Source of the DNA: Aureliella sp.
GTDB lineage: Bacteria > Planctomycetota > Planctomycetia > Pirellulales > Pirellulaceae
Length of the DNA stretch: 64,000 nt
Assembly: GCA_963691875.1 (NCBI GenBank)
Contig: OY829846.1
Location: 3,552,001-3,616,000 of the forward strand
Direction: 5' to 3'
The notes beneath the pieces are model-generated. The model was not told the origin of the DNA, did not search any database, and was given only the letters and a program-made list of their open reading frames with translations. Made by a program: the position numbers and the translations under genes. Position 1 is the first letter of the stretch; each line of letters opens with the position of its first letter. Positions 33,019 through 41,209 of this stretch are shown in pieces.

Positions 33019-33116
33019 GCCGTCGTTTGTGAGACGGTTCAGTTCCAGCGGCCTGGAACTGCCCCAAGAAATTGCAGCAGATTCCTTAGCTCGGATCTTT
33101 TGTGTGGATCCCGAGC
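33019..33116 (+). promoter_or_regulatory. Putative thrS translational operator (tRNA-Thr anticodon-arm mimics)
   Basis: Hairpin GCTCG-GATCT-[TTTGTGT]-GGATC-C-CGAGC (33089-33116) 10 nt before the AGGAG SD; second hairpin GCCGTC-[GTTTGTGA]-GACGGT (33019-33038). Confidence 0.65.
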
Positions 33117-33138
33117 GCACTCGAGCAGGAGATTTACC

Positions 33139-35325
33139 GTGCTCCAAGTCCAATTGCCCGACGGCTCTCTCGTAGAACATCCTGAATCCGCTTCCGCGCT
33201 GGAGGTTGCTGAAAAAATCGGCTCGCGACTGGCCAAAGCCGTCGTAGCCGCCAAGGTCGAAGACAAAGTCATCGACGCCTTCCGACCATTGCAAGATCAA
33301 ACCGATCTTTCGCCAGTCCCGCTAACCTTGTTGACCAACAAGGACACCCAATCGCTCGACGTCCTGCGCCACTCCTGCGCTCACGTGATGGCTCGCGCCG
33401 TAATGCGATTGTTCGACGGCGTCTCACTCGCCTTCGGCCCCACCATCAACAACGGCTTTTACTACGACTTCGATCTCGATCACAAGCTGAGCGAAGATGA
33501 CTTTGCGGCCATCGAAAAAGAGATGGGCAAGATCATTCAAGAAGCCGAGCCCTTCGAGCAGTTCTCGCTCGGCCGCAAAGAAGCAGTCGAACTCTGCGGC
33601 GACCTGAAACAATCGCTCAAAGTCGAGCACATCGAAACTGGCCTAGCGGAACACGAACAACTGGGATTCTACCGCCAAGGCGAATTTGTGGACTTGTGCC
33701 GTGGTCCACACATCCCCGATGCAAGCAAGATCAAGGCCTTCAAGCTCCTGAGCGTTGCGGGCGCGTACTGGAAGGGTGATTCCAAGGGCAAGCAGCTCCA
33801 GCGACTCTACGGAACCGCCTGGTTCAGCAGCAAGGACCAGCAAGCTTACCTGGACCAGATCGAAGAAGCAAAACGTCGGGACCACCGCGTACTCGGCAAG
33901 AAGATGGGCTTGTTCCAAATCAGCCAAGAAGTTGGCAGTGGCCTGTGCCTTTGGTTGCCCAAGGGTGCCCGAGTCCGCGTACAACTCGAGAACTTCCTAC
34001 GTGAGGAATTGCTCCGTAGAGGTTACGAGCCCGTTTACAGTCCGCACATCGGCCGAGTCGAGCTTTACGAAACCAGCGGGCACTTCCCGTACTATCGCGA
34101 CAGTCAGTTTTCGCCCTTGTTCCAAGGACAAGCAGGCGGGCTGATCGACGCGTGGGTCGACAAGCTACAGAGCGAAGACGGACTTTCCGCGGACGAGGAA
34201 ATGCGTCTGAGCGATGCTGCGGAAGTCCTCGGAGCCGAGCTGCCGGATTACAATCCATCTGATTCGGTTGCAGAGCGTGTCGAGGTGCTTCAGGCCTGGC
34301 AGCGACAGAATGAACGATATCTGCTGCGGCCAATGAACTGCCCGCACCACGTAATCATGTTCAAAGCCCAACCGCGTTCTTACAAACACTTGCCACTGCG
34401 ACTGATGGAATTCGGCACCGTCTACCGCTACGAACAGACTGGCGAGCTGAACGGCATGCTTCGTGTTCGTGGCCTGACTCAAGACGATGCTCACATCTTC
34501 TGCACTCCAGAGCAAGTCGAAGAAGAATTCCGCAACACCATTGAGCTAACTCGTTTTGTGCTCGAGAGCGTTGGCTTCAGCGATTATCGCGTACAGCTCT
34601 CGTTGCGTGATCCCGCGAGTGACAAGTACGTCGGTAGCGAAGAGAACTGGGCGAAGGCAGAGGCTGCTTTGCGTCGAGTGCTCGACGAAAGTGGCTTGGA
34701 GTTCAATACTGCTGAAGGTGAAGCGGCTTTCTACGGACCGAAAGCCGACTTCATGGTCCGTGATTGCATCGGGCGAAGTTGGCAACTGGGTACCGTCCAG
34801 CTCGACTACAACTTGCCCGAGCGATTCAAGCTGGAGTACGTTGGTCCAGACAACAAAATGCACCAGCCTGTCATGATCCACCGAGCTCCATTCGGTTCGG
34901 TGGAGCGCTTCGTCGGCATGTTAATCGAGCACTTTGCCGGTGCCTTCCCGCTGTGGCTCGCGCCAGAACAAGTGCGAATTCTACCGCTCAGCGAGAAGAC
35001 CAACGACTACGCTTTGGAGCTTGAGCAGAAGATGACTGCCGCAGGCTTCCGAGTTTCCACCGATTTGCGTGGTGCTAAGGTACAAGCCAAGATCCGTGAC
35101 GCTCAGCTGGAGTTGATTCCTTATATGGCTGTTGTTGGACCGAAGGAAGCCGAAGCTGACGCGATTGCTTTACGCGATCGTATCGATGGCAATCTCGGTG
35201 CGATGCCCGTCGAGGAAGTCATAGCCAAGCTGCAGAAGGAAGTTGCCGAGCGAGAGATTCGACAGATCGCCAAACGCAGCGAGATTATCGAAAGCGAGCC
35301 CACCGGCTCCGGCGGCGAATACTAG
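33139..35325 (+). CDS. thrS: Threonine--tRNA ligase (start GTG 33139 after AGGAG)
   Basis: TGS domain, [57 protein letters not shown]. Confidence 0.99.
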   Translation: MLQVQLPDGSLVEHPESASALEVAEKIGSRLAKAVVAAKVEDKVIDAFRPLQDQTDLSPVPLTLLTNKDTQSLDVLRHSCAHVMARAVMRLFDGVSLAFGPTINNGFYYDFDLDHKLSEDDFAAIEKEMGKIIQEAEPFEQFSLGRKEAVELCGDLKQSLKVEHIETGLAEHEQLGFYRQGEFVDLCRGPHIPDASKIKAFKLLSVAGAYWKGDSKGKQLQRLYGTAWFSSKDQQAYLDQIEEAKRRDHRVLGKKMGLFQISQEVGSGLCLWLPKGARVRVQLENFLREELLRRGYEPVYSPHIGRVELYETSGHFPYYRDSQFSPLFQGQAGGLIDAWVDKLQSEDGLSADEEMRLSDAAEVLGAELPDYNPSDSVAERVEVLQAWQRQNERYLLRPMNCPHHVIMFKAQPRSYKHLPLRLMEFGTVYRYEQTGELNGMLRVRGLTQDDAHIFCTPEQVEEEFRNTIELTRFVLESVGFSDYRVQLSLRDPASDKYVGSEENWAKAEAALRRVLDESGLEFNTAEGEAAFYGPKADFMVRDCIGRSWQLGTVQLDYNLPERFKLEYVGPDNKMHQPVMIHRAPFGSVERFVGMLIEHFAGAFPLWLAPEQVRILPLSEKTNDYALELEQKMTAAGFRVSTDLRGAKVQAKIRDAQLELIPYMAVVGPKEAEADAIALRDRIDGNLGAMPVEEVIAKLQKEVAEREIRQIAKRSEIIESEPTGSGGEY

Positions 35326-35367
35326 AATAGGTCTATTGGTCCTTAATTGACCCAATTGAGCAACATA

Positions 35368-35406
35368 GGGCGGCTGGGCGTTACACTCGTCCCGCCACCC
35401 TTCTTT
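35368..35406 (+). terminator. Probable terminator after thrS
   Basis: Imperfect GC stem GGGCGGCTGGGCG/CGTCCCGCCACCC followed by TTCTTT. Confidence 0.5.
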
Positions 35407-35675
35407 GTGCCGCGAGTAGTTTCGGGAGGACAGTCCGAAACTATCCAAGTGTTTTCTCTCGCCCCGCCAGTTCCTTGAGCGACTGCAGCGACAACCGCCG
35501 ATTATTCAGTTCGTTAGCCAGGACTTATTCGAATCGGGCGTGATCACATCGAGTTTCCTCGCGAGATGCCCGATAGCTCACGGCGATACGGCTTACTGAA
35601 ACATAAGATGGCTAGCCTACGTCCGCTCAACAATCTGGAAGAAGCGACGGCTAGCTCCCAGTCGCTCAATCTCCG

Positions 35676-36518
35676 TCAAGGATGATGTCGTCGCACAATT
35701 TCCAGGCACGGCGAGTGCAACTTGGTGTTACTAACAAGGATGCTCGTCTGACAAATTTTGAGCTCCTCTCCGAGTCCATTTGTCACCATGCCGCCGGCTT
35801 CCTCGACGATCAATCGTCCCGCAGCGAAATCCCAAGGCTGAAGCTGATACTCGAAGAAGGCTCCAAACTGTCCGTCGGCGACTTGGCAAAAGTCGAGCGC
35901 GGCGGTGCCAAAGCGGCGAATGCCATGGATGTTCTGCTTGAAGAAATCATGCACAGCAGCCAAAGTCGCTTCCATCATGGCGCCACGATCGTAATAGAAT
36001 CCGCAGCCCACCATTACTTCGTCTAGCCGCTCCGTCGATTTGACTTGCATGCGTCGGCCATTATGAAAAGCCCCTCCGCCTCGGCTGGCCCAATACCAAT
36101 CACCGCGGACCGGATTCACGACCAAACCACATATGGTTTGGCCTTTTTCATAGTAGCCGATCGAAACAGCAAAATGCGGAATACGGTGCGCAAAGTTGTT
36201 CGTTCCATCCAGCGGGTCGACGATCCAAAGATGATCCGCATCGACGTCACCGCTATATTCTTCTTCACCCAGGATTTTGTGATCGGGAAAAGCCTCTTGA
36301 ATGCAGGCAGCAATAGCATGCTCTGATTCGACATCGGCATCGCTGACTAAGTTGTAGCTTTCCTCGTCGGACTTCGAACGCATTTCCACACCGCGTTCGA
36401 AGTGCTTCAGGATGATCGCAGCGCCGCAGTGGGCCGCCTTAAATGCAACTCGGAGCTCCTTATTCTCAAGCGACTTTGACGCAAGTGGGAGTTCTAGCTG
36501 GGACTGTGAATCTGCCAA
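35676..36518 (-). CDS. suhB: Inositol monophosphatase family protein
   Basis: LGEE, WIVDPLDGTNNF, RRFGTAALD, QPWDFAAG. Confidence 0.93.
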   Translation of the reverse strand: MADSQSQLELPLASKSLENKELRVAFKAAHCGAAIILKHFERGVEMRSKSDEESYNLVSDADVESEHAIAACIQEAFPDHKILGEEEYSGDVDADHLWIVDPLDGTNNFAHRIPHFAVSIGYYEKGQTICGLVVNPVRGDWYWASRGGGAFHNGRRMQVKSTERLDEVMVGCGFYYDRGAMMEATLAAVHDFFKQNIHGIRRFGTAALDFCQVADGQFGAFFEYQLQPWDFAAGRLIVEEAGGMVTNGLGEELKICQTSILVSNTKLHSPCLEIVRRHHP

Positions 36519-36617
36519 GGATATGACTTTCGTTTGCGTAGATGCTTTCGCTTCGAGAAAGCCGTATTATGCGCGGCGTCGCTTGCGTGTGCGTCCCCAA
36601 TTAAGGCTGAAGCGCCC

Positions 36618-36935
36618 TTAAGATTTATTGCTGCTCAATTTTCGCCGCCGGGATCGCCGGGTCTTCTTCTCGCTAGGCAGCGCACCAGCCGGGGCAAACC
36701 ATAACAGCATGGCCAGCAAGCCAACGCCTGCGAGCGGATAAAGAATTGGAACGGAGATGTAATCAGTTTCTCCGCCAGACGTGGTTACATCATCTGGGTT
36801 CGTGCCGACTACAGAGGGACTGCCAAAGCTTCGGAACTGCACATGCGTTGTTCGAGTTATAAGACCAGCTAAAGCAATGATGATCGTGGTGATCATCAAG
36901 AACAATCCGGTTAGTCGTATACCAGGGAAAGACAT
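36618..36935 (-). CDS. Hypothetical two-TM membrane protein
   Basis: Two hydrophobic helices and a basic C-terminal tail. Confidence 0.65.
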   Translation of the reverse strand: MSFPGIRLTGLFLMITTIIIALAGLITRTTHVQFRSFGSPSVVGTNPDDVTTSGGETDYISVPILYPLAGVGLLAMLLWFAPAGALPSEKKTRRSRRRKLSSNKS

Positions 36936-36989
36936 GTTTGGGTTCCGTAGGGACTTATCTTCTGCTTTCTAGTCTTTCGGCACATGCGA

Positions 36990-37670
36990 CTACGCAGTGG
37001 CGTCCTCGACAATTCGTCCATCTAGCATGCGCACCAAGCGTTTCCCGCGCCTAGCCACTTGCTCGTCGTGAGTGACTATAACCAGAGTGGTGTTCCGACT
37101 TGTGTTCAACTCTGCCAACAAATCCATCACTTCCTTGCCACTATGACTGTCCAAGCTGCCGGTAGGTTCATCGGCTAGAATCACGGATGGCTCGTTGGCC
37201 AGTGCTCGGGCGATCGCGACACGCTGACGTTGGCCAATCGAAAGTTGGTTTGGCAAGTGCGTGCGTCGGTGCTCTAGGCCAACTAAGTCGAGCAACTCAC
37301 TGGCTCGCTGGACCCGCTTGGCAACCGGCAGCTGGCTTTCAAACATGGGGAGCTGCACATTCTCGAGGGCACTTAGATTCGGTAACAAATAGAACGACTG
37401 GAAGACAAAACCGATCTTTTGAGATCGCAGTTGATCAAGATTCTTTTGCTGGCTGAGAGCGGTACCTTCGAACAAGACTTCTCCTCTGGTTGGGCGATCC
37501 AGAGCACCGAGCATATTCAGCAACGTGGACTTGCCGCATCCACTGGGACCCATGATGGATAGGAATTCGCCGGCGGCAACTTCAAGCGAAACGCCCTCGA
37601 GTGCTTGAACCCGGCCGTCCTCATAGGTTTTGGTGACTTCATTCAGTGCGAGCATGGGCGGCATGAGCAT
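36990..37670 (-). CDS. ABC transporter ATP-binding protein (LolD/MacB-like)
   Basis: GPSGCGKST, GFVFQSFYL, LSIGQRQRVAIARAL, ILADEPTGSLD, VTHD; start ATG about 37670. Confidence 0.93.
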   Translation of the reverse strand: MLMPPMLALNEVTKTYEDGRVQALEGVSLEVAAGEFLSIMGPSGCGKSTLLNMLGALDRPTRGEVLFEGTALSQQKNLDQLRSQKIGFVFQSFYLLPNLSALENVQLPMFESQLPVAKRVQRASELLDLVGLEHRRTHLPNQLSIGQRQRVAIARALANEPSVILADEPTGSLDSHSGKEVMDLLAELNTSRNTTLVIVTHDEQVARRGKRLVRMLDGRIVEDATA

Positions 37671-37829
37671 GCAAATTCTGGTCGTACGTGAGTCGAAGGA
37701 ACGCCTTGTCTCGGCGGTCGTTGGGGCATATGGTATTCCGATTATTGGCACCTTTGTTTCTGACAAACGTGCCGCAAAACCCAAGCAAATGATAGCTGAG
37801 TAAAGATCCCCGAGACCACAGGTGATTCA

Positions 37830-38714
37830 GTGCTAGCAAAACCGATCGCATTGGGAATCCTACTGGTATTCTTAGGCTCTGGAATTTGCAGCCAAAAAGC
37901 AGCGGGCCAGGAGCAAACTGCGAAATCGGTCCCCATTCTTCCAGCAGGAACGGTCATTGACGGCAAATCCGCGAAGCAGTGGAATCGAACTTTGCTTCTC
38001 GCCAAGCCGCGAATCTCAAGTGGTGATGTTGAGACGCTCTCCGAGGATGTACGTAAGACCGTCTCGTCGTTCGTACTCAGTATATTGGCCACCATCGAAG
38101 GCTACGATGACGCTGCGTCCGGTCAAAAGCGGTATCGGCTTCGCGATGTAGGTATTGGCTACGCCATGCAGCAAGACGATAAATTGCTGACCGTCAGTTC
38201 CGCGAAACAATCGGAAATGAAGCTTGGGCTGAGCTTCGTAGGCAGCCAGATGCTGAAGACCAATGAGCAACAGTTGAAGACAGCGAGAATGATTGCGCGG
38301 ACTCCGACGATCTACATGTTCGACACCCCTTCGATAATGTTGCTAGGCGGAAAACACGTGAAGCTCATCACTCGGCACTTCATTTGGGTCGATTCGAAAT
38401 CCGGTTCGAGCTCCATGCTACTGTGGTTGATAGCCGAGGACAAAAGCGGAAATTGGCGCGTAGCTTCAAAGTCGCTGCAGTGGGTGCCCACTGGGACGCA
38501 AGAAGATCGAAAGGTACACGTTGATGGGGATCAGTTCTTTCTCGGAATCCCAAAGAACAAACGTGCTTTTGCACTAGAGTCGCTGCCACCCGGTAAAGCT
38601 GCGGAATGGAGTTCTGAAGCCATTGGGCTTGCATCCCGCCAGAGCTATGATGCTCGGAGCTTGCGTTCTCTTGCGTTAGCGTTAAATGCCTGCCTGCAGA
38701 ACTTAAGAAAGTAG
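37830..38714 (+). CDS. Exported hypothetical protein
   Basis: Signal peptide; 294-aa ORF. Confidence 0.75.
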   Translation: MLAKPIALGILLVFLGSGICSQKAAGQEQTAKSVPILPAGTVIDGKSAKQWNRTLLLAKPRISSGDVETLSEDVRKTVSSFVLSILATIEGYDDAASGQKRYRLRDVGIGYAMQQDDKLLTVSSAKQSEMKLGLSFVGSQMLKTNEQQLKTARMIARTPTIYMFDTPSIMLLGGKHVKLITRHFIWVDSKSGSSSMLLWLIAEDKSGNWRVASKSLQWVPTGTQEDRKVHVDGDQFFLGIPKNKRAFALESLPPGKAAEWSSEAIGLASRQSYDARSLRSLALALNACLQNLRK

Positions 38715-38759
38715 ACTGCACTAGCTTTTATTTGGGTTCGTTAACTAACCGCTCTTCTC

Positions 38760-39650
38760 GCAAATCGAGCCAAGAAAATCCAACGCCACCCGTATCAATC
38801 AGACTCGATTCAAATCGTTGTTTGAGTTGCTCTACGCCGAACCAACCGTGGCAATCACGGGCGTCGAAATCCATCGGTTGTCATTCAAAAATGCAAATCA
38901 GAGCAGGATCGGTTTAAACAATAACACGCCTGAACCCCTGCTTGGCGATTTCAGAAACGTTTCCAAAAGCGATGAAGACGGGCGGCTAGAGCTACAACCG
39001 CTGCCCGCAGAGCGAGGGTGATTGCATGGTTAATCTACACCAAGATGGCCCCGGGAAAGCAGGAAAACGTGCTGGCGCGCGACGGTGAGATCGGAGCCGT
39101 CACTCTGAATCAGGGCGTGCCGGTTCGTGTCAAGTTTAGCGTCGGTTCGAATAATGCAGCAGAGCTAGGCGGAACCAGGGTCGATGTCACGTTCTACCCA
39201 AATCAAGATGGTAGTCACTCGGCCGAAACCATCATGCACCAATATCACATCTCTGATAATGCGATCGAGTTCACGGCAAGCCCCACCGAGTATCGACATT
39301 TGTGAGTTATTCTGGAGGACTACATTGTGATGAGTACTCTACCAAAAGCTCGCGGAGAGGCGAATGCGCGACTCAACTTAAGAGATGCCCAGAGCTCCAC
39401 AGTACCCATTACGATGTATCCTAAAGTAAAAGAAAAAGTGAAGGGAAGAGCCGTCGATGAAGATTCAATCGGACCGGCGGAGCTGGGGTCAGTGGCACCA
39501 TCGCAATCCCCATTGGAAGAAACCTCTTGCAGCGGGGGGACAATGGTCTGGCTGGGTAGCCGGAAGCGATGCAACAACGGACTCAGATGATCAATACGAA
39601 TGCGATCTCATTCCCGCTGACGCTCAAACCGAAGCAACCCACTAAATCCA
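38760..39650 (+). pseudogene. Fragmented remnant of a beta-rich exported protein
   Basis: Successive short same-strand ORFs (38818-39021, 39018-39305, 39327-39590); the last two are in frame across a TGA; SDEDGRLEL and VKGRAVDED resemble carboxypeptidase-regulatory-like repeats. Confidence 0.45.
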
Positions 39651-39982
39651 CTCCGTAGGGGCCTACGCAGATTGGAGACTCTCCTTAGTTTCCTTTCACA
39701 TCAAGTCGCAGACGCCAAGAGCGTGAAGAAGTTTGCTTAGGCAAACGAAATGACTTCTTCGATTGTCGCGAGCAACTCGAATGGGTAGATCAATACTAGC
39801 ACCGGAAGCTTGGCTTGAACGGCTCTCCTTACTATATTGCCCTCGATCTCAAAGGCAAGATTGAGAAAAACATTTGCCTCTAGAAGCCAGATCAAATCAG
39901 CGTGAGAAGGCGCAAGCTAGAGATGCCCCATCAAGCCGTTCATGGGAAGTAGCAAGAGGCTTTTCCGTATTTCGAGATGCGT

Positions 39983-40021
39983 AAAACAAAAGCCGCTGCG
40001 AGGAGGATATCCTTGCAGCGG
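39983..40021 (-). terminator. Intrinsic terminator after the DUF1080 gene
   Basis: Minus strand CCGCTGCAAGGA-TATCC-TCCTCGCAGCGG-CTTTTGTTTT. Confidence 0.7.
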
Positions 40022-40052
40022 ACTACGAGTTTCTATATTGAGCGGCAATCAA

Positions 40053-40904
40053 TTATGGCTTGAGAACTTTTAGCTCAACCTTGCGGAAGTCCACAGGATG
40101 ACTCTCCGACTGCAAGGAAATAAACCCCCCCTCAAGCATCACGCCGCCCTGTTTCTCTGCCAGCATCTTGGCGTGAGCGTCATTCACATCCAGTTGCGGC
40201 TTGCTGTACTCAAGAATGACCTCACCATCGATCGAATGTTTGACAGTACCAGATCCTCGCACTTCTACCTCAACAGTGACCCATTGTTCTCCATGATAGG
40301 TCTTGGAAGTCGAGCTGGTGCAGTGTGGGCGGTGCAACTTGCCATTCATGACTACATTGGTTCCCGGTGTACACAAGTTCGCTGTCGTGCGTTTTTTCTC
40401 GCCATCGCCACCCAAGATTTGATACTCGATCGAAGTAGGAAAATCCTGATCCTTGGTCATCAACTTTGGATCCTCGCAGTGCAGCATCAGACCGCTATTG
40501 CGAATCGCCCACCCCGGACCCCCGGTGACTTGATCTCCAACGAAGCGATATTCGACTCGCAGGATGTAATGCGAAAAGGACTGTTTGTAAAATAGATGGC
40601 CGAACTTCTCACCAAACTTCGGATAGGACTCGTCCTCATAACGAACCTTGAGCAAACCATCTTCGACGCGGAAAGTGTTTCCGAAATTGTCCCCAAGATC
40701 GTGATAGCGAATCTTCGGCGTCCAACCATCCAGATTCTTACCATTGAAGAGCTGAATCCACTCAGACGTCTCCTCCGTGTCGCCTTCGGCTCCGTCAACG
40801 GCCTGTAGGCTTATGCCTGTGCGTTGCTGAGCATAAATGGGTGAAATCGCGAGAATTCCGGTAAGCAAAATGGCTTTGGTGAGTCTATCCAAGTAGTAGT
40901 TCAT
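40053..40904 (-). CDS. DUF1080 (3-keto-disaccharide hydrolase-like) exported protein
   Basis: WIQLFNGKNLDGW, NSG, IEYQILGG, ISLQSESHPVDFRKV; start ATG 40904 with signal peptide. Confidence 0.92.
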   Translation of the reverse strand: MNYYLDRLTKAILLTGILAISPIYAQQRTGISLQAVDGAEGDTEETSEWIQLFNGKNLDGWTPKIRYHDLGDNFGNTFRVEDGLLKVRYEDESYPKFGEKFGHLFYKQSFSHYILRVEYRFVGDQVTGGPGWAIRNSGLMLHCEDPKLMTKDQDFPTSIEYQILGGDGEKKRTTANLCTPGTNVVMNGKLHRPHCTSSTSKTYHGEQWVTVEVEVRGSGTVKHSIDGEVILEYSKPQLDVNDAHAKMLAEKQGGVMLEGGFISLQSESHPVDFRKVELKVLKP

Positions 40905-41209
40905 TGTTTTTCCTAGTGTTGTCGCGAATACCGAACGAGTTACCGCAGAATAGTCAGATTTCAAGCGACCGGTAGTCGGGGCAGCTTTGCATACCAAGAG
41001 CTGCAAAACCAAAAAAATTTGGAGCTGAGTTTCCGCTCAGGAAGTGTTGGTATCTGGGTAGATTGGATCAATAATGATGCGTTGACCGATAAAACAGGTT
41101 GGCTGTAAATATACAAGTAAATATACAAGTAACTTGCCCAGCTCGCGACTGTCTCCTTCAAGACAAGCCTGGGGCATAAAATTACATAGAAAAGCTTAGG
41201 AAGGTCGCA

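Noticed and set aside
32880..33138. T-box riboswitch upstream of thrS
   Set aside because: No AGGGTGGNACCGCG T-box sequence or terminator/antiterminator pair; the anticodon-mimic operator fits better.
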